Below are positions 12,772-24,330 of a stretch of DNA of 64,000 nucleotides, piece after piece. Source of the DNA: Cyanophora paradoxa CCMP329 (Eukaryota > Plantae > Glaucophyta); the NCBI GenBank assembly GCA_004431415.1, contig QPMI01000143.1, positions 62,001-126,000 of the forward strand. Direction: 5' to 3'. Each line of letters begins with the position of its first letter. Positions within the stretch are counted from its first letter, which is position 1. A program made the translations under genes and the position numbers. The notes beneath the pieces are model-generated. The model ran no database searches and was not told the DNA's origin. It was given only the letters and a program-made list of their open reading frames with translations.

Positions 12772-13641
12772 GGAAGGAGCTATGGGCACAGGCCTCAACG
12801 CCGCGAGACACCACGGGCGAGCCGCGCGATCTGCTGGCTGCGGCCTGGATAGCGGCCAGCGCGAACGCATTGCATGCGCGTGCCTGCCGAAGGCTGTCCG
12901 CGGCCCTGCAGGCTGGCCTGCCTCTCGGCGACATGTACGTGCTGTTTGAACTCGCGCTGCCCGTCGTCGGGCCGCCGACGCAGCGTCGAAGTCGGCGGCT
13001 CTTCCTGATGAAGCGCAGGCTCCAAAGCAGCGGCAACGCTTCGCCCTGTCCAGATCAGCTGTCTTCTTAATTGTACCCGCGTACGTGTTCGGCGGGTACA
13101 GGCAGTCCGATCAAACCAGTTCGCCAGGTCTCCGGATTCGGCTGCAGCGCGGGGCCTCGAAAATGACGGCGCTAGGCCGCACAGCGCGCAACCCGGCCTG
13201 CGACCCCCGCGTCCGGTCAACTTGGCAACGCGAACGGTCAACGCGTACGGCGGCTGCCCCGCGAGCTGGCCATGGAAGTCGGACGCCGCGGCCGGCGCGC
13301 CCACACGCGCAGGCGGACTGATCATGACGTACGCCCGCCCCGCGGCCTCTATGGCGCTGCACCGCGTCCCGCGGCCGTGCGAGCTCAACGACCTAGGCCT
13401 GTCCACGGAGGGCGCGCGGGGAGGGCCTGCAGCTGGCCGACCTGCTCTTCGAGGACGACGACGCTGTGCGAGCACCCGGAGCTCGAATTCGCCGAGGATC
13501 GCTCCCCGGCCGCCGCCACATGCGCGCGTGTCCCCTCACCCCCTCGAGCTCTGAGGCCCCTCACCCGCGTCCCCTGCATGCTTAGCTTGGTAAACGGTGT
13601 TTGTTTTCAAGGTTCAAAGAAATTAAAAATCCGATCCGCGC

Positions 13642-16546
13642 TCAGTCATAGATCGGGGTGAAGCCCTCGATGGGCTCGCGGCAGGTGGGGCAGGGCGCCC
13701 GGCCGGCGAAGCGCTGGGTGCACGCCTGGCAGAGGACGTGCCCGCATGAGACGGGGAGGCGCCGCTCCCCGCGGTCCTTCTCCTCGCTGCAGATCTGCAT
13801 ACGGCGCCGGAGTCAGGATGCGGCGGTGGCGCGTCGGAGAAGCCTGCACGCGCGCGCGCACCGGGCACTCGAACGCGGCGCGCGCCGCGGCGCGCGCCGC
13901 CTCGAGCCGCAGCCTCTCCACCCGCTTCGCGGCGGCCTCGAGCCGCCCGGCCGCCGCCTCGAGCTCCGCCTCGCTCAGCTGGCGGCCGCCGGGGGCGGGC
14001 CCGCCCTCGAAGAGCCAGAGCCGCCGCGCCGCCTCCGCGCCCGCCGCCTCCGACTCGGCGAGGCGGCCCGTGAGCTCCTCCTCGCGCTCCTGGAACGCCG
14101 CGAAGTCCGCGGCGGCCTCCGCGACGGCCCTCCGCAGCTCCGCCCCAAACGCAGCCGCCTGCTCCCGCATCTTCGCCCCCTCCGCCTTGACGACCTGCTC
14201 GACCTCCGCCAGCTTCCCCTCCAGCGCCGCCTCTCGAGCCGCCGCTCGGGCCGCCTGCTCCTCCGCCCCCGCCAGGCGCCTCCGGAGCTCGGCGGCGCCG
14301 AGCACCAGCGCCGCCGCCCGCTTCTCGTGCCCCGAGGACTCCGCGACGGCTTTCCGGAGCTCCGCCTCGAGCGCCTCCGCCCGCTCCCGCTGCCCCGCCG
14401 TCTCCACGGCGGCCCTCCGGAGCTCCGCGACCTCCGCCCGCAGCCCCGCCGCCCGCTCCAGCTCCCCCTCCGCCTGCGCGAGGCGCCGGCGCAGCTCCGC
14501 GTTCTCCGCCTCCAGCGCCGAGAGCGCGTTCGGCGCCGCGCCGGCGCGCGAGCGAGGGCGTTTCCGCGGGACCGGCGGCGTCCTCGCGGCCCACTCCCCG
14601 TCGCTGTCCAGCTCGATGAGCGCCTTGGGCCTCCGCGGCCGCTTCGAGCGCCGGGGGCCCCGGAGGAGCCTCCGCCGCCGCCGCTGCTGGCGGCCCCCCG
14701 GCGCGGGGCTTGCTGCACGTGGCCGGCGCAGGGGCGGGGGCGGCATCGGCGGCGCCCGAGGCGAGCTGGCGGCGCTCGACTTGGCCCGCCTCGTCCAGCT
14801 CGACGAGCACCAGCCGCGGGGCCACGAACTTCGCCTCAAACTGCGCCGCTGTGTTAGCCGGGCCGGGGGCCGGGGCGGGGGGGGGGGGGGGGGGGAAGGG
14901 GGATGGGAGGGAGGGGGTAGGGGGAAGGGGGTGCTTAGCAGGGTAGAGGACGGAAAAGAGGAGGGACAGGGAAGGCGGGTCCAGGGGGTAGGGGTGCAAG
15001 GAGGCGGCGGCGGCGCGGCGCGCACGCGCACCTCCTTGACGAGTCTGCGCGTCGCGGGGCTGGCGGAGCGCATGAAGCCGGCGCGCTCCTCCCACGTCCA
15101 CTCGTGGCGGGCCTGCCACCGGGCGCCCATCCAGCGCACCCAGACCGAGGTCTCCCCGGACGCGGCGTCCTTCTTCCACCCCATGATGGAATCCACGTCG
15201 AGGTCCTGCCGGCGGGGCGGCACGATCCGATCAGGGGCGCGCCCCGCGCCGCAAGAGCTTCGCCCCTCCCCTTGACTCGAACCTCGTCTTCGCTGTCCTC
15301 GCCGTCTACGAGCTCGGGGTCCTTCTCGTCGCGCGCCTCCCCCGAAGAATTCTGAGGGCGGCACAGCGCTGTCAGAGACCCGGCCCTCCCCCCGCTCCCA
15401 CGCCCAGCCCGATCGCTTACCGGGTCCTCATCTTCGGTGGCTGACGCCGCTGGAGGCGGGGTACCGGGCTGCGGAGGAGGCGGGGCCGTCAGGGGAGGCG
15501 AAGGCGCCGGAGAAGGCGGAGGGCACCTCGGTAGGCGGAGGGAGCAGGGCCGCCACAGGAGGCGGAGGGAGCAGAGCCAGCACAGGCGGAGGAGGAAGCA
15601 GGGCCGCCACAGGAGGCAAAGGGGGCGGGGACGGAGGCGGAGCAGTCGGCCGCACAGGCTGCACTATAATCAGTAAGGGGGCGAGTCAGGGCGACGCCGC
15701 TTGACTCACGGAGGCCACGGCGACGTCGAGGAAGCGGAGCCTTCGGAGGTAGGCGAGGGCAGCACTCCCGGACTCGCGAGCGTGCGCGGGCATGTCCGTG
15801 AGGGGGTTGCCACCGATGCTGAGCTCCTCCAGGGAATCCAGCTCGCCCACATCCCGTCGCAGCGTCGTCAGCTGATTGAGGCTCACGTTTAGGTGCTGCA
15901 AGCCGGCGAGCTGCCCGATCGCTGCCGGCAGCGCCGTCAGCTTGTTGTCGCTCATGTCCAGCCACTGCAGGCCGGCGAGCTGCGCGATCTCCGGCGGCAG
16001 GATCGTCAGCCGATTGCCGCTTACGTTCAGCTTCCGCAATCCCGTAAACTGGCACAACTCCGGCGGCAGCGCCGTCAGCTGATTGACGCTCACGTTCAGA
16101 AGCAGCAGGCCGGCGAGCTGCCCGATCTCTGGCGGCAGCGCCGTCAGCCGGTTGCCGCTAGCACGTAGCTCCTGCAGATTTCGAAGCTGCCCGACCTCCG
16201 CCGGCAGCGCCGTCAGCTGGTTGTTGCTGACGCTGAGCTCCTGTAGGGCCGCCAGCTGCCCGATCTCCGGCGGCAGCGCCTTCAAACGGTTGTTCGCTAG
16301 GTTGAGCACGACCAGGTTTGCCAGCTTCGGGAGCTCTTCGCCGGGAATGCTCGTAAGCGAGTTCTGCCTGAGGTCAAGCTTGAGGATGTTCGCGCGGCCG
16401 ACGAACTCGACATCCTCTGCCGGCCAATTGTCCAAACATTCGTCCTTCAAGCAAAGCATCCCCGTGGCGGCGTTCCAGCAGCGCGGATGCAAAAACTTGG
16501 GCCAAGACATCGACGGCGCGCATCGTATCAACTGCGAGCTGTCCAT
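13642..16546 (-). CDS. LRR - Pro-rich linker - chromodomain - coiled coil - RING-HC protein (putative E3 ligase)
   Basis: Nine 23-aa LRRs (LxxLxVxxNxLTALPPEIGQL) in one exon; phase-0 GT-AG joins lead to NSSGE...EDE, then chromodomain DLDVDSIMGWKKD...VWVRWMG...WTWE...LVKE/FE, a long EAR-rich coiled coil, and C3HC4 RING CP/ICSEE...CGHVLCQAC...CPTCREPI; stop 13642-13644. One apparent frameshift near 14655. Confidence 0.7.
15533..15616. repeat. 27-bp coding minisatellite x3
   Basis: aggcggagggagcagggccgccacagg and variants at 15533, 15560, 15587, in the linker exon between LRR and chromodomain. Confidence 0.8.
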
Positions 16547-16903
16547 TCTTCCACGCTGCACGCTACGGTGGCCTGCTCGCCGCAAACTCGCCGGCACCAG
16601 CGCGCCCGCCTGCTACGGCTGCTGCTGCGCACCCGCGCGCTCGCGCCTTTTTTCAAAGAATTGCTCGCTGTACCCGCCTGGGAGTAGAAGTTGGGCCGAA
16701 CTCGTCGTGCCATCCTGCGCAGCGCTCCTGGCGGCTACTTGCGCTGCAATTTCAGCTTCAGAACGCCTGCTCAGCGCGCCCGCGGCCGGACAAGGTTCAT
16801 ACGTCGCCGGCGCCTCATCTGAGCGAGAGCAGTTGAGTGCCCTCCTCTTCATCCCCGGCCCGCTGTTATCTAATCTCGTCCCGCGCTCACGCCCGCCGCC
16901 TCC

Positions 16904-19900
16904 ATGGGGCGCCGCGCCAAGCAGAAATCACGCCGAGCGAAGCCCGCGGACGCATGCCGATCGCCGAATCCGAAGCCTGTATGCCTGAACATCGAGGATC
17001 TGCCGGGTCAGCAACCGCGCGGCTCCCGCCGGCGGGACCGGCGCGGCTGACGGCTCCGCTGCGCAGACGGCGTCCTCGTGGGCGTCTTCGCACGCCTGGC
17101 GGCCGAATCAGGGCTCCCGCGCGCCGTCTCGACGCTCGCGGCCGTGTCGCGGCGGTTCCGCGAGCTCGCCTGGTGCCCCTCCCTCATCGACGGCGCCCTT
17201 AAGGTGCCCGCGCGAGCTCCCCCGCGCGCGCGCCCCGCTCGAGCCCGACGGCGCCGCGCGCGCAGCCCGAGCACCCGCGGGACTTCGTCGTGGGGGCGCT
17301 GGCCAAGGTCGGGGCCAGCCTGCGGCGCCTGGACCTGGCGCGCCTGCCGCAGCTCGCCGAGGAGGACGCCCTCGAGGTCCTCGCCGCCGCCCCGGGCCTG
17401 ACGCACCTCTCGGGCGCCTTCCGCACCGCCCGCCCCGAGCGCCGCCGCGGCCCCGCCGGCGGGCCCGCCCCCGCCGTCCACCGCTGCCTGTACCCCCAGC
17501 CCCGCCTCGAGCACCTCGACCTCTCCGGCTCCCGTGTCTTCGCCGACGCCCTCCGAGGCCTCCTCGCCGCCTGCGCCCCCTCCCTCCGCGCCCTCTACCT
17601 CTCGTGCGTACCCCTCCACTCCGCCCCGCTTCGATCTCGTACCCCCCTCACGCCCTTCGTTCCCCTTGCAGGACGGTGGTGATCGCGCACAAGGGTACCG
17701 TGCACTTCCTCAAGGGCGCGCCGCACCCCGCCTCCGTCCTGGTCCCCCTCCGCGGCCTCTCGTGCGCACGCACCCCTCATGCACCGCCCCCCCGCCTTCT
17801 CCGCCCACGAGCCGACGCGGCGCGGCGGCATGCAGGCTGCCGCGCCTGGCGTCGCTGGACGTTTCCCACTGCGTTCTGGAGCCGGCGCACCTCTCCGCCG
17901 TCCTCGCCGCCTGCCCCCGCCTCGCCCGCCTCTTCCTTGCACGGCCCCGCGCCCCCCCGCACGCCCCGGAGTGCTCCTGGGCCGAGTTCCGGGCGCTGCC
18001 CCCCTGGGAGGCGGGGTACCATCGCGTGCTGGCGCCGGCGCTGGCGCGCCCCGGCCTGGCGGTCGTCTCGCGGGACCCCTTCGGCGAGCTGGAGGCGGCC
18101 TTCCGCGAGAAGGAGGCGCGCTGGCAGCGCCTGCGCGCCCGCGAGGCCGCCGCCGCCTTCTGCGCGCCCCTCGCCGCCGGCCTCGACGCCTTCGACGCTG
18201 ACGGCCTCACCCCCTTCCTCCGTGCCCTCTCCTCTTCTTTCCTTGCCTCTTTCTTTCTCGAACGCAAGCTCACGCCCGCCGCAGTGGCCGTCCGGGCCGG
18301 TGCTTTCCACGCGGCCCGCGAGCTCCTCGGCATGGGCGCCCCGCCCCGCCTCGCCCCGCTCGGCCCCGCCGCCCGGCCCCTCCCCGCCCCCTGGTCCGCC
18401 CCGTACCCCTGCGAGGCCTTCCTCCTCCGCGAGCCGTGCGCCCGTACCCCCCTCGCCCTCCCGCGCGCCTCACGCCCTGGAGGGCAGCCTGGGGCCGCCT
18501 CCGCCGGGGTCGCTCCACCGGCTCCTGCGGGAGAAGGCCCACACCGGGCTCGTCCCCGTCGCCCTGGCCCTGGTCTCGCTGGGGGCCGACCTCTACGAGG
18601 AGGACGAGCGCGGCTGCACGCCTTTCGAGGCGCTCGCGTGCGGCGGCTGGGCGGGGCGCGACCGCCTCGCCGCCCTCCGCGCCCTCGCCGGCGTCGAGGG
18701 CTTCGCGCGGCGCGAGCGCGGCGCCCTCCTCGCCGTCCTCGCGGAGGACGAGGAGGAGGCGGAGGGCGGGGCTGACGGGGAGACGGCGGCGGCGCTGCTG
18801 GCCGCGGGGGCCGACCCCTGCGTCCGCGACTGGGCCGGTGCGCCCCGCCGCCTTTCTTCGCCTAAGCCTTCCTTTTTCTTTCTTTCCGTCCGTGTGAGCC
18901 TCCCGCGGCAGACGAGACGCCGGTGCACCGCGCGGCCGCCCTGGGCCGCCACCGCGTCCTCCTCGCCCTCCTCGGTTCGCCCCTTGCACAATTCCTTTCT
19001 TTCCTTTTTCTCTCTCTTTCTTCGAGCCGTGAGCGGCGCGGCAGCCTCGCCGAACGCGGGGCCGGACGGGCGGAACGCGGGCGGGCGGACGCCGCTGCAC
19101 CTCGCGGCGGCGGCCGGGGAGGCCGAGGCGGCGCGGGCGCTGCTCCAGGCAGGGGCCGACCCGGCGGCACGGGACGCGGAGGGGGATACCCCGCTCCACG
19201 CCGCCATCCGGGGGCGCCACTTCGAGCTGGCGAAGCTGGTGCTGGGCCACGCCTCCTGCGACCCGTCGGGCCCCGGGAGGGATGACGAGACCCCGCTCCA
19301 CGCGGCGGCCGCGGCCGGCCCCCGCGCCCTGCCCCTCGCCGAGCTCCTCCTCGAGCGCGGGGCCGACCCGCACCGCCTCGACAGCGCCCACGGTTGTACC
19401 CCCCTCTGGGCCGCCCTCCGCTGCGGCAACCGGCCCCTCGCCGCCCGCCTCCTCTGTGCGCGCCCCCGAGCCCCTCTCTTTAATCCCGTACCCCCCGAGC
19501 CCTTCGCCGCAGCCGTACCCGGAATCGACGTGAACGCGCGGGCCTCCTGCGGCTCCTCCCCCCTACACCTCGCCCTTTTCGCGGGGGACGCCCCCCTCGT
19601 TTCCGTGCGTACCCCTCCCCGCCCCGCTTCCCCCCTCTCCCCTCCGCCCGTCCGACGCCTGTACCCCCCAGGAGCTGCTGTCGCTGGGAGCGGACCACTC
19701 GGCGCCGCTGACGTACGGCGTGCGGCCGCTGCACGTGGCGGCGGCGCTGTCGCCCGAGCGGCCCGACCTCGTCCGCCTGCTGCTGCAGGCCGGCGCCGAG
19801 CCCGACGCGCGCAACGCGGCGGGGCGCGCCGCGCTGCACGCGGCGGTCGAGGCCGGCGCCGCCGCCTCCGCCGCCGAGCTCCTGGAGGCGGGGCGGACCC

Positions 19901-20356
19901 CAACGCCCGCGCCGCCGGCGGCGCCGCCCCGCTGCACCTCGCCGCCGGCTCGGGCCGCTCTGACATCGTCCGCCTCCTGCTGGAGGCCCCGCGCCTCTTC
20001 GCGCCGGCGGCGGCGGCGCGGCCGGCGCCGGCCCCGCACCCCTTCACGCACCGCCTGGCCGTGGGGCAGGGCCGGCCCCGCCCCCGCCCGTCGAGGTCGA
20101 TGCGCGGGACGGGTACAGGGCGACGCCCCTCGCGGAGGCGGTCCTCGCCTCGGACCTGCCGTCCGCCCACGCCCTCCTCGCCGCCGGGGCGGACCCCCTC
20201 GCGGCCGACCCCGCCGGCCTCCACCCGCTCGCCCTCGCCGCCGGGCGCCTCCGCGCGCCCTCCGCCGCCGCCCTCCGCGCCGCCCTCGCCGCTCTCCTCG
20301 ACGCCGCAGCCGCCCGCCTCGGCGAGGGGCCGGGGGCCCTACGGGCGCCCTACTAG
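16904..20356 (+). CDS. F-box + RNI-like LRR + ankyrin-repeat protein
   Basis: Spliced N-terminus IEDLP/DGVLVGVFARL...AAVSRRFRELAWCPSL is an F-box; then LRRLDLARL, LEHLDLSGS, LRALYLS, LASLDVSHC LRRs; many ankyrins (GRTPLHLAAAAG...LLQAGADP, GDTPLHAAIRG, DETPLHAAA, GCTPLW, GSSPLHLA); stop TAG 20354-20356. Confidence 0.85.
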
Positions 20357-20847
20357 AGCCCCCTTGATCATTTCATGATCTGTTATTCCGAATATTTCAT
20401 GATCATTGATCATGATTTCGATCATCAATTCAAGAGGGCCGTCGCGGCCCGGCGGTCCCCGGCGACTCCCCGCGGGACCCCGCCCCCGCGACGGCTCGCG
20501 CCTCAGGCTCTCAATTGCAAGTGCCAGCCTGGCAGCGCCATGCAGCATGATGCAGGCCCTGAGGCTCCGCCGCCTCCGCGAGCACTGCGCATGCGATCAC
20601 TGAGTCAGCCTCCCTGACTGTGACTGACTCAGTCAACCCGAGCTCGGTTCAGTCAGGCTACCGTGCAACTTTCAAGTTTGGCAAATTTAAAAACTGCGAT
20701 ACAATGACCGTCGGACCCGGAAATGATTCAAATGCGATTTATCTAAGTTGCCAAGCATCAGCCTGGCAGGCACGGGCAGTATTTATAATTATACCGTTAC
20801 TATTACCGTAGACTGGTCCGTACGCGTAGTACTCCATACTACGGTAG

Positions 20848-21001
20848 TAGGGGTGGGCGTAGCCGCGCGGCGCTACCCCCCCTATACTATGATAGCTAGT
20901 TTGTATGGCACTGGGACGTTGTATGTAGTGGCAAAAATCGCCACTGAGTGAGTCCAGTGGCGGGGTCCCACTGGCCACTGGCGCCACTGTGCCCAGCCCT
21001 A
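20848..21001. mobile_element. hAT-family MITE (154 bp)
   Basis: TIRs TAGGGGTGGGC / GCCCAGCCCTA (10/11 match); flanking 8-bp target duplication tacggtag (20840-20847) / tacggtac (21002-21009); subterminal ccactg/cagtgg repeats. 8-bp TSD and TAGGG termini are hAT hallmarks. Confidence 0.8.
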
Positions 21002-21029
21002 TACGGTACTACTACTACTGTAACGGTAG

Positions 21030-21956
21030 TTGCAAGGGGGGAAAGAAGACCGAAGGTCTTCCCCCCTTGCTTCCCGTTCCCTCGCTTCAGCCAAAATTTC
21101 TTCTATGAGGCCGTTTTCGAGGTCCAGTTTGCAACGCGGGAAAAAAATGGGCCGAAATTCGGTTGCAGCGACACGTGTTTGTCGCTGCGGCCGTCCATGC
21201 AAAAAAAGGTTTTCGAGGGCGAAGACCAGTTTTCCTTGACTTGAAGCCTGGAAACCAACTTCTCTCTCATTCCGATCTTCGAATTCCTTCCGCGGTTCTA
21301 GCGAAGACCAGTTTTCCTCGACTTGAAGCCTGGAAACCAACTTCTCTCTCATTCCGGTCTTCGAATTCCTTCCGCGGTTCTGCATGGAACCAGTTCTCCC
21401 TATAGCTAGCTGTCTCCTGTAGATTTCGGCTTCCTCGCAGTGCGTCGCGTCTCCTCTAGATTTTCACTTCCGATCTCCTCTAGATTTTCACTTCCTCGAA
21501 CTGCGCCGCGTACGCCGCACGGAATTTCTTAAAAATTCTCCCTAGCTGTCTTGCTCGATCTCCTCTGGATTTCCACTTCCTCGCAGTGCGCCGCGTACGC
21601 CGCACGGTACCCGTGCCGCCTGATCTACTTTTGACTGCATCAAGCTTGCACCGCAGCACGTGCACCGAAGCACGCGCAGCCCGTGGGCCGGATTGGCCCG
21701 TACCGCGTAGCTTTTCCTCGCGATCCAGCCTCTGCATGCTCGCAGCCGCGCGCATCGCTGCGCCGACCTCGTTGGCGCCCCCGCCGCTGTCCCTTCGCGC
21801 CGGGCGGTCTTGCGAGCTGACCAGCTCTTGCGAGCGCATCAGCGGCAAACCGATCGCGAGCGTTCGAGTTGCATGTTCGTGCCACTACTACTCTTTCATT
21901 ACATCCCGATTCCCCCCTTGCACCCCCGGCGCGCCAAAACGCGGCCGGGCCACTAG
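21030..21956 (+). mobile_element. Non-autonomous Helitron2/Helentron-like (HINE/DINE-1-like) element
   Basis: 13-bp subterminal IR tgcaaggggggaa (21031-21043) / ttccccccttgca (21910-21922); extra partial IR beside the 5' copy forming a GAA-loop hairpin (21032-21070); central tandem repeats; 3' GC hairpin cccggcgcg-ccaaaa-cgcggccggg followed by CTAG (21953-21956); no TSD seen. Confidence 0.65.
21219..21382. repeat. 82-bp tandem repeat x2 (plus degenerate tctcctctagattttcacttc repeats to about 21610)
   Basis: gcgaagaccagttttcc...ttccgcggttct at 21219 and 21301 with few mismatches; inside the Helitron2-like element. Confidence 0.9.
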
Positions 21957-23229
21957 TACGTAAGCCTCGTAAGGGGTCTCCGGGTCTCCGGGTGATAATG
22001 CGAGCAGAGATCGAGAGGACGGGAAAAGGAAATTGGGCCCCCGACGGCGCCAGCCTGGCAACGATTGCAAAAATTGCGCGGGCGGTTCAACAGTTTCTTG
22101 AAGATTGCGACGATTTCCTGAAGAAGATCATTTTTTGCAATTGGTCGACCCACGTGACTGAGTCAAGTGCTAGCTTTTTAAGCTTCAGATCTAGATCACT
22201 GAGCTCGAGTCAGATGGGAAAAACCCACAGGCCGGCCCGCGGCCGACGGCCGCGCCGGCCGCGGGCGGCGGGCGCGGCGGCGGCCGCCGGCCCGGCGGCG
22301 CCGGCGGGGCGCCGGGGCGTTCGCAATTGCCACTGGGCCAGATTGCCAACTTGCAATTAATTGCAATTGCAAGTTGCAAGAACTTGCAACTTCGAGACTT
22401 GATGATGAATCGGCCACTCACCGAGTCAATATCAACTGCAAACATTAACAGCCTCAAGCTTAAGTAAATTAAAGTAATCCAAGCTCAACTTGGCAAGCCT
22501 AGGCCTGCTGTCAGGCTGCTGATCTTAATTATAACCGTTGATCATGAACCATGATGAACGTCGCGATCGTTAACGATATCGATTTTTAAGTAATGTGCGA
22601 AGCACTGCGAACGCGTTTCCTGAAACATGAAATTTGATTCGGATCGAATATATCTATATATATACGTATACCTGCGGCGCAATTCAGACTTATGATCATA
22701 TTGGCATGCGCAATGTTAACAGTTACGGTAACGTTGGCATGCGCAGTCTTTGCAGAGTCTCCGATATATATATACTTCGAAATTCGAATTCGAATTCGGA
22801 AGTTTGAACTTCGGAACTACTATAGACTCGCTAGTATAGAGTGCACTTTTCAGTCAACTATCAACTTCGATCAAGGCCGCGCCCAAACTCGAATCAAGGC
22901 CCGTGATTCAAGGGCCAATCAAGGCTTCCTTTTTACAAGTTCCGAATTAAAAGCTTGAAGTTCCCCGAAATTGCCCGAACAAGCCGCTTTTTTTAAGCTA
23001 AATATTAGAGACCATCGAGGTCGCGACTCGCGAGCAAGCCCGAGGCTGGCGGCCGTTGGGCGGCGCTGGCCCCGAGCAGGTGACTTTCGAGCCCTGACAG
23101 AGACGCGTGAGCCGCTGTCACCCGCTGAGCGTTCGCTGTACCCAAGGGTTTTTCGGCCGGTCACCAGCTGGAAGACACTTCAAGCTTGAGCCGGCAACGC
23201 ATCTTGTTCAGTAGCTTGCAGCTCCAGCC

Positions 23230-24330
23230 TGCATCAGCGAGCAGCGCGCGCCGAGCAGGCGGTGCAAGCCTGCACGACGCTGTGAGTATCGAGGCCCGGA
23301 GGAGCGCGCAGATCTAGAGCCCCACAGGGGAATTCGCGATCGGCGTCGATATCGAGCCGAAGAACACATCGAAACTGGTGCGGGCGCGCGCCGTTCATCT
23401 TACCGAAGACGAAGCAATTCTCACGAACGTGCAGGATCGTTACTTGTAGTCGCTTCTGGCGCTGGGCGCGCGCACGCCGCGGCGCACAATCCCGAACCGA
23501 ACCTCCGCACGCGGCCGCCGCGGCCCGCCGGGCGACCCAGCCGGCCCGTCGGCAGCGCGCTGCAGAGGCGCGACGAGCGCGATGGACTTCGACGAGCACG
23601 TCGGCATCGTCGGGCGCGAGTGCGCCCAAGAGGAGCCCGAGCTGGCCGCCGTCCTGCACCGGCCAGACGCGGCCATCCATCAATTGAAGTGCGTACGGCC
23701 GAGCCCTCGGCGGGGGGGGCGCTTCCCATCGCGACTCTATGTGTCCATATATCGATTGTGCGCGGTTTTCTGACCGCACATCCGCGCGGCAGGCCGGACA
23801 GGCGCCCGAACTTGCGGTTCCCCGCGGCCGCGGCCGAAGCGCTCGCCCAGCGGCTCGTCCTGGCGCCTCTGGACACGAACATTCCCTTCGAGCTCGCGTA
23901 TCAAGGCCGCGCCGGGCAGCCGATGCCGGGCCAGCTTCAGCACTTCCCGCCGCAGTGTGCGTGAGATCCGCAGAATTTGATCTCCGAGGCTTGCTCGCAT
24001 CTGACGACGGGGACTGATACCGATCCCGCGCAGATGCTCAAATACAAGCGCCGTCGCCTGCCTTCTTTAGGCCCGCTGCGCCCTTCGATGCACATGGTGC
24101 GTTCCTGCAGCTGGACCCCAGGGCCGGCAACGGCCGCGGGGCGCCCCGCCCGCCCCTCCGGCGGCTCCGAGCCGACGCCCCTGATTCGCAGAGCCGCGTT
24201 GGGAGCCCGTCGGGTTTCGAATGACGGCTCGAGGCCCACAGGCCGCCGATCGCGAGATGCCCCCCGGCATATGCATGGTGCGCCCTACCCTATACGTACC
24301 GAGCTTCGTGCGCGCGGTTGTCCCCGCTGA
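23230..24330 (+). other. Possible spliced hypothetical gene or pseudogene
   Basis: Several donor (gtgagt, gtgcgg, gtgcgt) / branch / cag sets join MDFDEHVG...HQL/KPDRRPNLRF...QHFPP in frame; one upstream reading hits TAG near 23447. No recognisable domain. Confidence 0.3.

Noticed and set aside
12880-13600. Possible small spliced gene on + strand between MFS and RING genes
   Set aside because: Some donor/acceptor-like sites, but no consistent open frame or domain could be assembled.
20999-21385. 128-aa ORF as possible transposase fragment
   Set aside because: Crosses an 82-bp repeat (not a multiple of 3) and has no transposase or Rep motifs.
21990-22150. IAKIARAVQQFLEDCDDFLKKIIF resembles a macro-domain C-terminus
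   Set aside because: Too short, with no flanking exon structure or other macro motifs.
23440-23450. In-frame TAG as evidence for a variant genetic code
   Set aside because: TAG, TAA and TGA all terminate well-supported genes here, and this gene model is itself weak.
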